This document shows positions 48,908 through 57,387 of a DNA stretch of 64,000 nucleotides, one piece after another; the first letter of the stretch is position 1, and each line of letters starts with the position of its first letter. Position numbers and translations under genes: made by a program. The notes under the pieces are model-generated. The model made no database searches. It was given only the letters and a program-made list of their open reading frames with translations, and was not told the DNA's origin. This stretch comes from an uncultured bacterium. GTDB taxonomy: Bacteria > Bacteroidota > Rhodothermia > Balneolales > DATFMH01. The stretch is from NCBI GenBank assembly GCA_963787205.1, contig CAWBCD010000006.1, positions 171,009 to 235,008 of the forward strand, in the 5' to 3' direction.

Positions 48908-49537
48908 TTACATCGAATCGCCGACGAAGATAAGCAAATCGCCACTTTTATAACTTATATGTGCGGGTTGTTCACAGATTTCATTGGATGAGCCATCGCG
49001 AATACCGTTTTCAAGTGGTTCATCATGTAGTGGATATTTGAGCCCTTTCGTGCGGATACCCTCAACCCGGCCGGATAGGGGAAAGAGAGAAACCGGCGTA
49101 CCAACCGGCAAATCAATTGTATGTTCACGCGGCATGAGATAGGTGACTCCGTAAACATCACGAAACCTGAGAGACGTGAACTTATCGCTGAATTGCTTTA
49201 GCACCGACAGGTTTTTCAGGGTGTGATCGATCCGTTTTCCCGTGCCGCCAATCACGGTAACTTGTTCCACATCCGTTGTCATAATATAGTTTAAAGCTTT
49301 TTCGAGATCATTCGTCTCCTGGTCCTCATCTTTGATGAGCCTGAGTCCCGAATCATTTGGGTTCTTAAAACTATCCAGATCACCTATTACGACGTCCGGT
49401 TTGATGCCATACTCCAGAGCCGTATTCCCCGCCCCGTCTGTAGCAACAAACAATGTCGATTGTGATTTCAGACTTTTAATAAATGCCGGTGGTGGTGCTT
49501 CTCCATTGCAAAGCACCAGAGCGTGTTTCATTGACAT
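48908..49537 (-). CDS. Thiamine pyrophosphokinase
   Basis: ALVLCNGEAP, VATDGAGN, VIGDLDS, DQETNDLEKA, GGTGKRIDH. Confidence 0.85.
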   Translation of the reverse strand: MSMKHALVLCNGEAPPPAFIKSLKSQSTLFVATDGAGNTALEYGIKPDVVIGDLDSFKNPNDSGLRLIKDEDQETNDLEKALNYIMTTDVEQVTVIGGTGKRIDHTLKNLSVLKQFSDKFTSLRFRDVYGVTYLMPREHTIDLPVGTPVSLFPLSGRVEGIRTKGLKYPLHDEPLENGIRDGSSNEICEQPAHISYKSGDLLIFVGDSM

Positions 49538-49767
49538 TTTTGTCAGTTTTGGGTGATCAGTAGTCCGTCGCTGTCGGATTGTCAGTTATTTTCTTTTCTC
49601 TGGTTCTTTCCCGATGGGGATCCCTTAGGGAGAGTTACTTTTGATTCTCATTGTCCCCCAAAAGATTACACAGGGAGATCTCTGAGATTTCACTGAGAAC
49701 TTAAAAGAGAATTTACGATTTTCAAATCACAGGAAACTGAGATGCATCTCTGTTCTTATGCTTAAGA

Positions 49768-50946
49768 CTATTTACTGTTTACTGCTAACTGATTACTGAT
49801 CCCGGTTCCCCTGCTGATTAACTCTAAAGTCAGCCGATCTGCCATACGCAAACCTTCATCTGTACAAACCAGCGGTGTTGTTTCTTTCAGGTAACCCTGT
49901 GACTGCATCTGCCTCACAAAGATCTTCTGCTCGTCATTCAGGGAATATCTATAACGTGTTCGGAGTTCTTCCGGACTTACTCCTTTTCGTGTTCGCAACC
50001 CCAGCATGATACGTTCCTCAGCGAGTGTATTCAAATCGAGGGTTTCATGTTGAATATGAATGGATTTTTCAGATTTGACGTACAATTTGAAGTCGGCAGC
50101 ATTGAACCATCTCCGGGCAGACCGTTGATCCTCATCCCACCAGAACGAGTGAGCCGAGGGTCCGAAACCCAGGTAGTTTACATGTTCCCAGTAGTTACTA
50201 TTGTGAAGAGATTCGTGACCCGGTTTTCCGTAATTGCTGACTTCATAATGTTCCAGTCCGGCAACCTCCAATCGTTGAGCTATGCGATCAAATTGACTCG
50301 CCACATCGTCGTCATCCATTGGCTCGAACCGACCTAATCTTGCAAGTTTACCCAGCCGGGTTTGGGGTTCTATCGTCAGTGAGTAAGCAGACACATGAGG
50401 GGGGGGATATCGCAACAACATATCAAGGTCACTGTCCAGGTCCGACAACCTCTCATCAGGATTGCCATAGATAAGATCGACCGTGTATGTGTCGAATCCG
50501 GCCTGCCGCAGATATTCCATGCATAATATGGACTCGTTTGCCGTATGCGCGCGATGCATAAATTTCAACAATCGCGGCTGAAACGACTGAACACCCATAC
50601 TAGCCCGATTCACCCCCATCTGTCTCAGATCACGCAGAAAAGAAGGGGATACATCATCGGGATTCATTTCAACCGTTACTTCTTTGAGATCAGCAAGCTC
50701 AAAATTATCCTGTAACTCTTTAAAGATTCGCTCGAAATCTTGCAGGGCGAGCCTGGAGGGAGTCCCTCCTCCAAAGTAGATGGTTTCGATTGGTTCCTGG
50801 TTATACCGGCTATCTTTACACGCCCGAATTTCATGGATCAATGCATCCACAAAAGCAGTACGATATTCCTGCCGGGTGATGAAATAAAAATCACAGTAGG
50901 AGCACGCCTGCTTGCAAAAAGGAATGTGAATGTAGATGCCAGCCAT
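49768..50946 (-). CDS. hemW: Radical SAM heme chaperone HemW (HemN-like)
   Basis: YIHIPFCKQACSYCDFYF (CxxxCxxC), YFGGGTPS and a HemN_C-like tail. Confidence 0.88.
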   Translation of the reverse strand: MAGIYIHIPFCKQACSYCDFYFITRQEYRTAFVDALIHEIRACKDSRYNQEPIETIYFGGGTPSRLALQDFERIFKELQDNFELADLKEVTVEMNPDDVSPSFLRDLRQMGVNRASMGVQSFQPRLLKFMHRAHTANESILCMEYLRQAGFDTYTVDLIYGNPDERLSDLDSDLDMLLRYPPPHVSAYSLTIEPQTRLGKLARLGRFEPMDDDDVASQFDRIAQRLEVAGLEHYEVSNYGKPGHESLHNSNYWEHVNYLGFGPSAHSFWWDEDQRSARRWFNAADFKLYVKSEKSIHIQHETLDLNTLAEERIMLGLRTRKGVSPEELRTRYRYSLNDEQKIFVRQMQSQGYLKETTPLVCTDEGLRMADRLTLELISRGTGISNQLAVNSK

Positions 50947-50951
50947 TAAGG

Positions 50952-51743
50952 TTATCCCTTATAAAAGGCCTCTGCTATTCGCTGAAACTGGTACGGTTGA
51001 TCCAGAAAAGCATAGTGACCGGCCTCCTTGATCGTTACTAAGGCGCTGTTGCGCAGACCTCCGTTCATACGTTCTGCCTGATATAACGGAGTGGTGTCAT
51101 CGTTCGTACCCCATATGAGCAATATCTCATGATTGATTTCAGGCAGGCAGGGTTCCAGATATTCGCTAACAACCTTGACAAACGTTTCTCTCATTACCCC
51201 CTGAAGCTGCTGGTAGTCGGAAGAGCCCAGGCTTTTCCATAAAGGCGTCTTACGCAAGAGATCAATTTGCCGGGTCTTCGCCGGTTCAGGCAGAATCGAA
51301 AATGGCATTTTCAGCAGTTTGGCAAAGTATTTTTTGAAATAGAATTTGGCACTACGACGCGGTTTCATACCTGCCCCACCCGTTATAAGAACCTTGTCGA
51401 AGCGATCCGCAATCTGTTGCCGGGCACACAATTTGAGCATGATTCGTCCGCCGAGAGAGTGGGCCAGGATGTCGACCGTCTGAAAACCAAGCTCATCAAT
51501 CAGCGCAAGAACGCAGTCCGCATAATCGTCAACAGACCATGATTGGAATGGCTCTTCAGACTCGCCAAAACCCGGCAAATCCGGTACAATACATTTTCGC
51601 ACCGGACTCATCGATTGTGCCAAGGGCAACATAAGCTTACCGCTTGCTCCCCAGCCATGTAGAACAATAAGTGGTTTTCCTTCACCAAGTACGTAATAGT
51701 GAAGTTTCCGGTCTCTGTACGTCGTGCTATATTCTGTCGCCAT
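50952..51743 (-). CDS. Alpha/beta-fold hydrolase
   Basis: HGWGASG oxyanion region, nucleophile elbow AHSLGG, C-terminal GHYAF. Confidence 0.8.
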   Translation of the reverse strand: MATEYSTTYRDRKLHYYVLGEGKPLIVLHGWGASGKLMLPLAQSMSPVRKCIVPDLPGFGESEEPFQSWSVDDYADCVLALIDELGFQTVDILAHSLGGRIMLKLCARQQIADRFDKVLITGGAGMKPRRSAKFYFKKYFAKLLKMPFSILPEPAKTRQIDLLRKTPLWKSLGSSDYQQLQGVMRETFVKVVSEYLEPCLPEINHEILLIWGTNDDTTPLYQAERMNGGLRNSALVTIKEAGHYAFLDQPYQFQRIAEAFYKG

Positions 51744-51867
51744 TTGATTGATTGTATTACTCAGGGCGAACAGAAAATACGTATATCGATGAACAATTAT
51801 CAGTAACGGTTTTTTATAAAATACTCTCCGTGAATAGATTTTTTTATAATCATGGAAATTTCACCTA

Positions 51868-52797
51868 TCAATATGTTTTCGGCATACCAGAAGGTCTCAT
51901 GTCCGGATGTGAACGCCAATAAACATACGGCCCGGTAACAGGAAAGTATAAAACATCAGTAACGATATTTTTTCGTACGATGAAAACCCTTGGTACAGAA
52001 GGTGCAAATTTTTCAAAATCTCCTTTGGAAATTATAATGCTTGAAAAATTTGGGATGGTCACTTTTTCAAAATTCTCAAAGTCCTTTTTTGATCCAATTG
52101 TAATCCCAATAACCCTATCTACGGTATGAGTTCGGACGTAAGCTTTCACATTTTCAACCGTATTTAAACAATATGGGCAGGTCGTGTGGTAAGCATAAAC
52201 AATGTATGTAGAATCCGGGCTGGTATGGACATACGGTCCGAAAGGAGTCTCCGACACTTTTTTCCCTACAAAATTATTACTCTGATGAACAAAAGGCTTA
52301 ATTGAGGAAATGCCTGAAAGTACCAGTGTGATTGTCAACATCGCCCCGACAGAGTAATAGGGCCACCGCTTATTTTGAAGCCTGGGCTTAGGTACCGGTT
52401 TAAAAAAAACATATCCGGATAAAAACAGAAAAATTGCGTTTCGAACTACGATCATTGCCGGAGGCATTTTCGATAATGCAAGGCTTCCGAAGCAACCACA
52501 ATCTGTCAAACCGCTTGTGAAATATGCGAACAGGTAGACAAATGTAAAAATTAACAAGCTGATGACAGATGCCAGTGCTGTTTTACGCGAATGAAGAAAA
52601 AGAATAAAAAAGATGCCGAGGGCAATCTCAAACGGTGGGATTAATAACCCTACAAAGAAAAACTTATCAAAAATCCGGATACTTGTGATATAGCCGATAA
52701 AATTTTGAACATTTAGTAGCTTACTAAAACCGGACACAATAAAAATTACTCCCATAATCAGGGAGAATATCCTGGATAATATTGTCTGCAGCCTCAT
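51868..52797 (-). CDS. MauE/DoxX-like membrane domain fused to a thioredoxin-fold domain (CPYC)
   Basis: N-terminal 4-TM region with GFSKLLN and DCGCFGS. C-terminal domain with YAYHTTCPYCLNTVENV. Resembles a MauE-MauD type fusion. Confidence 0.7.
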   Translation of the reverse strand: MRLQTILSRIFSLIMGVIFIVSGFSKLLNVQNFIGYITSIRIFDKFFFVGLLIPPFEIALGIFFILFLHSRKTALASVISLLIFTFVYLFAYFTSGLTDCGCFGSLALSKMPPAMIVVRNAIFLFLSGYVFFKPVPKPRLQNKRWPYYSVGAMLTITLVLSGISSIKPFVHQSNNFVGKKVSETPFGPYVHTSPDSTYIVYAYHTTCPYCLNTVENVKAYVRTHTVDRVIGITIGSKKDFENFEKVTIPNFSSIIISKGDFEKFAPSVPRVFIVRKNIVTDVLYFPVTGPYVYWRSHPDMRPSGMPKTY

Positions 52798-52849
52798 TAT
52801 CTTGATGCTAAAGTTAAATATGAACGATATGCAATGGTCTTATAAAAGA

Positions 52850-52883
52850 CAAGCCATTCTATCATTATGACAGAAATGGCTTG
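52850..52883 (-). terminator. Terminator after peptide gene C
   Basis: Stem CAAGCCATT / AATGGCTTG. On the minus strand it is followed by TCTTTTAT. Confidence 0.6.
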
Positions 52884-52912
52884 CGTCTAAAATATACCCA
52901 ACCCCAAAAAGA

Positions 52913-53089
52913 TCAGCTTGGTAATGGGCCGCCACCGCATCCATTATTGCTGGATACGTAGCTTGCAGCTTTGTCGCAGAAGGCCTTGAATTTGGTTATA
53001 AACGTTTGAACTTCACATGAATGAAATTCTATTCGTTCTTCAAGCTCTTCCATCTCGAAAGCTTCTACAAGTTTTTCGTATTTGTCCAT
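52913..53089 (-). CDS. Small peptide C (58 aa) with shared leader motif; candidate precursor
   Basis: Hand translation: MDKYEKLVEAFEMEELEERIEFHSCEVQTFITKFKAFCDKAASYVSSNNGCGGGPLPS. Below the ORF-track cutoff. Lies 20 nt downstream of the protease gene. Confidence 0.6.
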   Translation of the reverse strand: MDKYEKLVEAFEMEELEERIEFHSCEVQTFITKFKAFCDKAASYVSSNNGCGGGPLPS

Positions 53090-53109
53090 GTTTTATTCCC
53101 CCCTTCGGA

Positions 53110-54313
53110 TCAAATTTTAGTTGAATCTAGATTAAATAACTGAAAGCCCCTGACTCGTATATACTTATTAATCCATTCATATGATTTTTTTATTAGTATA
53201 TAGTAAAACAGAGTGACCATCAGATAATTCACAATTAGCTCAGAACCTGCTAGGTGTCCATTTATCAAACCTGTAATCAACTTCCACGTCACTGCTGGAT
53301 AATTTATCACAATCGCGCCGTGTTTTGTTACTATGAAAAGTATATAGAAAATCGTTAAGAACGTATTAGAAAATGCATATATAATAAGATACCAATCTTT
53401 CCGGCTTTTCTTTCTTTTTTCCTTCATTCCAAACCACTCAAGGGATAAATCTCTGATCTGATTTGCAGAGACGCTCATCAGGTTTGGTGTCTCCAGTGCA
53501 TCGCTCAGAATCCAGTATCCGTCATACCTCATGAATGGCCACAGCTGGAACAAGGATGAAAATACGATTAGCTCGGCAGCAAGAAGCAAAAATGGTTTTC
53601 CGGTAATAAAATAAGCCGCTATGATGAAGAAATTAACAAAGAACTGGATATGTATTCCTGCAAGATTTGTAATCACCCGTTCTTTACGGGGAAGCATCCA
53701 TAGCCCAGTCACATCGGCCCAGGAAACGGGGAAAACCAAATAAAAACCAATACCGATACCGCCATGTCTTGATTTAAATTTTCTGCATGCGGAAATATGT
53801 CCCACCTCATGCAAAATAACTGAAAGGAAATAGATAAGAATGACCCATAAATAGGACCAGTCGTTGGGCGCCAACTTTACTGAGTCAGTCAGAAAAAAGG
53901 CAAAAAATACATTGGCAATTAAAAAGAGAAAGAATGCAAAGAAAAATGATCTCTTTATGGTACAGAAATTTAAATATATCCCCTAGTAATCCGGCAATAT
54001 CCTTTTTAAAAATGGTCAGACGCAATCTTAAATATGATTTTCTGGTATGTGACTCCTCTTTTGTACTAATATGGAGAACCGAACAGACAAATTGGATGAA
54101 TCCATCCAATGTGAGATCTTCACTTTCCTCATCCGTAAACTGTATGTATGCTTCCTTCCAGCTTTGTGAATTTTTGAGTATTACAACCAGCCTCTGTGTT
54201 TTATCATTAATCAAAAAATATTTCCCTTCTCCATTATGTAGAACACGGCGACTGGAATCATATTGACTTATATGAATAGAGTCCCGAAATGGTATGTAAT
54301 CCGAAGGGGTCAT
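53110..54313 (-). pseudogene. PqqD-like domain + M50-type membrane metalloprotease, copy C (one frame change near 53930-53950)
   Basis: ORF 53885..54313 carries the PqqD-like part (VLHNGEGKYFLINDKTQRLVVILKNSQSWKEAY). ORF 53110..53874 carries HEVGH and LWPFMRYDGYW. The TM segment FAFFLFLIANVFFAFFLTDSVKLAPNDW is readable in the downstream frame upstream of its start. Confidence 0.65.
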
Positions 54314-55227
54314 GAGATAAATGTACCGACTTTGTTAGCGGCCTTTTCCAGCAATTGATCGATTGTCAGAATAATTTGGCCGATTTGTTTGATATCCTGT
54401 TGTGGAAACTTTGCCAAATTATCAGATGGCAGCATATCCCAGCAATTCACGCTCTTCTCAAAATATTTTATGGCATCCCCATAAAGTTCGGTCGCAACTC
54501 CGCTGACAAAGAAATACTTAACTTTTTTCTTTGCATCCATCTGATCGATTGCAATACCCTCCCTTTTCATCCTTTTATTGAAGGAATATTGAACATGATT
54601 CCAGGAATCCCCCGCTACATCATATTTAAAATCGATGATATCAGATATTAACTTTTTCCCAAGAAAATAATTTTCTAATCCTGCCGTCAAATTCCCTTTT
54701 TCTATACCCTCGTCAGAAATCGACGAGAAAACTTCTACAGGCAGATTGAATACAACGGAAAATGGTTTTACCAGCTCTTCATATAGCTCCTTATCTATCT
54801 CTACTTTTAAGGAGCATGCTGTTTCGTAATTATCGATGTGATCATTCAAAAATGTATATGAATCTGCCAGCAGTCTATCAACAACCGATCGTTTGGCAGT
54901 AAAATAGGATGCAATTTCTTTCGTCTTTTCCTCGATTGACCATAACACTTTCCTGGCTTCAGTAGTATTATTTATGGTCATTGGCAGAGCTTTGTAATTC
55001 ACCATGAAGTACAAATACTGAAATTGCAAAAAATGAATCATGGCAATCGATTCGACTACTGCCGGATCCATATTGTCGTACAATTCGGCTATCAGATAGA
55101 TAAGCTTGCGGTGATACAGAAACTGCTTCTGAGCCTCATGAGATGTAAGTAGTTTTTGAATCCTTCGCTCAAGTATTGCCCCGGTAATCGTCTGCTGATA
55201 ATTCTGCCATGTTTTGCTAACAAGCAT
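54310..55227 (-). CDS. Unknown, predicted all-helical protein (305 aa), start/stop overlap (ATGA) with protease copy C
   Basis: No signal peptide or TM segment and no motif I can name. Has an Asp-rich stretch SDIIDFKYDVAGD. Confidence 0.6.
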   Translation of the reverse strand: MLVSKTWQNYQQTITGAILERRIQKLLTSHEAQKQFLYHRKLIYLIAELYDNMDPAVVESIAMIHFLQFQYLYFMVNYKALPMTINNTTEARKVLWSIEEKTKEIASYFTAKRSVVDRLLADSYTFLNDHIDNYETACSLKVEIDKELYEELVKPFSVVFNLPVEVFSSISDEGIEKGNLTAGLENYFLGKKLISDIIDFKYDVAGDSWNHVQYSFNKRMKREGIAIDQMDAKKKVKYFFVSGVATELYGDAIKYFEKSVNCWDMLPSDNLAKFPQQDIKQIGQIILTIDQLLEKAANKVGTFIS

Positions 55228-55447
55228 AGCTGGATATATATTAGATAATAATTACTAGTCCATAGTATCTACATCCGCGGAACCATAAGCAAATTAAAAG
55301 CATATAATAGAGTATGTTTTTGACGTTATGGCAAGACAATAGTCTTCAAATAATCGAGAGCTTCATGAGAAATTGAACAACAGGTTATTCCAGTAAAGCG
55401 GTAAATCTTATCAGATCAATCCTCGATTTTTTGAAATGGCGTATCAT

Positions 55448-55486
55448 ATAAAAAGAGCCAATCCCTTGTACAGAAATTGGCTCTTT
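55448..55486 (-). terminator. Terminator after peptide gene B
   Basis: Stem AGAGCCAAT / ATTGGCTCT. On the minus strand it is followed by TTTTTAT. Confidence 0.7.
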
Positions 55487-55509
55487 TAAAAATGCTGCTC
55501 TATATACAA

Positions 55510-55734
55510 TCAACAGCTACCCGAGCTAAAATAACTTTTCATGTTATTTATAGCATCTTTGCACCAATGATAGACCATGGAGTAGTTTGTTTTAATGTAG
55601 GTTACAAATTCCTGAAATCCACCAGAGAAATGATCAGCTACTGTTTTTAACCAGTCCTCTATCCCCCAAAAAAAGAACTCTACTCTTTCATCAAGCTCTT
55701 CTATGTAATAATTTCGACTTTTTGAATCCTCCAT
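55510..55734 (-). CDS. Small peptide B (74 aa) with shared leader motif; candidate precursor
   Basis: MEDSKSRNYYIEELDERVEFFFWGIEDWL...HWCKDAINNMKSYFSSGSC. Confidence 0.6.
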   Translation of the reverse strand: MEDSKSRNYYIEELDERVEFFFWGIEDWLKTVADHFSGGFQEFVTYIKTNYSMVYHWCKDAINNMKSYFSSGSC

Positions 55735-55847
55735 AACTCTCCTTTAAGTATATAATCTAGTATTTCATGTATAATATTTACTCTTACAATTTTTTACAGT
55801 TAGATTTTTAAAATTATCCTAAACCCGGATTTGAAAGGTTTAAAATC

Positions 55848-56858
55848 CTACAGTAGAAATACTATCAGACCAATTATAATTAGAAAAAAGGATGCGGAAT
55901 ATCCGATCAAAACCATCCTTTCTAAGGTTAAGGAATGCCAATAATCAGCTCTTTTTTTTGACACCATTTTTATGAGGAATAGCTTTAATTCACCCATGGA
56001 TGTTTTGGTAAGTTTGGGCGTATTTGTCAGATCACTTAGGCACCAGTAACCATCCAGCCTTATAAATGGCCACAACTGAAATAATGCAGCGGAACTGATC
56101 AGATAAGCACTATACAGTAGATATATAGATCTGTTCAATAGGTAAAGGCCAATTAGCAGGAAACTCATTATCAACTGCATGTAAATTCCAGCCAGGTTTG
56201 CAATAACGCGTTCTTTCTTCGGCAGCATCCAGATGCCATGGATATCAGCCCAGAATACCGGGAGTATGAGATATAGACCAATACCAACTCCGCCATATTT
56301 TCCCCCAAATTTCTTACAGGCACTGATATGCCCTAATTCATGTAAAAGAGCTGATAACACAAAAAGAATAAAAACATACAGTAATTCACGACTGCTAACC
56401 GAACTCTCAAGAATCGGATTTATCAGATATCGATAAAAAAATAATGATCCCAATCAGAGAAAGAGCAAAGATTGTGAAAAAACTCGATGGGTTATAAAGT
56501 GGTTCAAGTAACGCTGAAATCGCACCGGCTATGTTCGATGGGATCAAGGTAATTCGAAGATGAATAGATTTATGACGCTTCCTGATCTTATCGTTCGCTG
56601 CAAGTCATCACTTGTCAGGATATCCTTACCTTTTAGTGACTCCTCAACATTATTACGAAAATCGGCAAAAGTTTGGGAAATGCCTCCTCTTGTGTAAATG
56701 TAAGCTTCATATGCCTCATCCAGCGAATTTGCTTCTTTCAACACTCCCACTAACTGATAAAGTTCCTCATTAATGACAAAATATCTCTTCTTTCCATTAT
56801 GAAGGATATATTTATCATCACCATACTTGGAAATTTCAATATTGGGTGAGAGAAGCAT
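55848..56858 (-). pseudogene. PqqD-like domain + M50-type membrane metalloprotease, copy B (two frame changes: near 56590 and at a T7/A7 run at 56435-56441)
   Basis: ORF 56544..56858 is PqqD-like (YILHNGKKRYFVINEELYQLVGVLKEANSLDEAY). The middle segment KRHKSIHLRITLIPSNIAGAISALLEPLYNP.. is in a third frame. ORF 55848..56453 carries HELGH and LWPFIRLDGYW. Confidence 0.65.
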
Positions 56859-57023
56859 ACCTCAGAAATCCCATCCATAAAAGATTGGAGCATACGATGT
56901 AAATTTTCTTATATCCTCGACTCTCTAATATCTGTCTTGGCAGTAGTATTCTACTTGTTCAATCCTATTTTGCTCCTTAATACAGAAAAATTGTTACTCG
57001 TACATTTTAACGAAAGGCCAATT

Positions 57024-57058
57024 AACAAAAAAGCCATCCCTAAACTTGAGATGGCTAT
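57024..57058 (-). terminator. Terminator after peptide gene A
   Basis: Stem AGCCATC / GATGGCT. On the minus strand it is followed by T6. Confidence 0.7.
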
Positions 57059-57087
57059 AAAAATCAGATAACTAAAAGTTTATCTTT

Positions 57088-57321
57088 CTACCAGTCACCA
57101 AATCCCCAAAAACGTGTACCACTGCTATAGCTGGCACTGCTACCACACGCAGTCTTTGGCGGTTGACAACTATTTAAGAAATTATCTCCATATGACCCCC
57201 CATGATGATATGGTGTTGCACCAACAATTTGGTTAATCACTCCACTGAGAAAGAAAAACTCAACTCTATTCTCAACTTCCTCAATCTCGAATTTCGTAGC
57301 TATTTTTTTGTGTTTATTCAT
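57088..57321 (-). CDS. Small peptide A (77 aa) with shared leader motif; candidate precursor
   Basis: MNKHKKIATKFEIEEVENRVEFFFLSGVINQIVGATPYHHGGSYGDNFLNSCQPPKTACGSSASYSSGTRFWGFGDW. Confidence 0.6.
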   Translation of the reverse strand: MNKHKKIATKFEIEEVENRVEFFFLSGVINQIVGATPYHHGGSYGDNFLNSCQPPKTACGSSASYSSGTRFWGFGDW

Positions 57322-57387
57322 TGCCTTAATCTTTAATTCTAATTTTAACCCCGATAGGATAATAAGTTTTTTTTGACTGTCGTATCG

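Noticed and set aside
49538-49767. Possible TPP riboswitch in the 230-nt leader of the thiamine pyrophosphokinase/symporter operon.
   Set aside because: I could not find the conserved CUGAGA ... ACCUGAUCUGGAUAAUGCCAGCG elements on either strand. Only short palindromes are present (GAGATGCATCTC, TCCCTTAGGGA). A covariance-model scan is needed to be sure.
49768-50946. A radical SAM enzyme near the peptide cluster could be a RiPP maturase.
   Set aside because: The sequence has the HemW/HemN-like hallmarks (YIHIPFC..C..C, YFGGGTPS, HemN_C-like tail) and no SPASM/twitch Cys clusters. It is separated from the cluster by two unrelated genes and is most likely the housekeeping heme chaperone.
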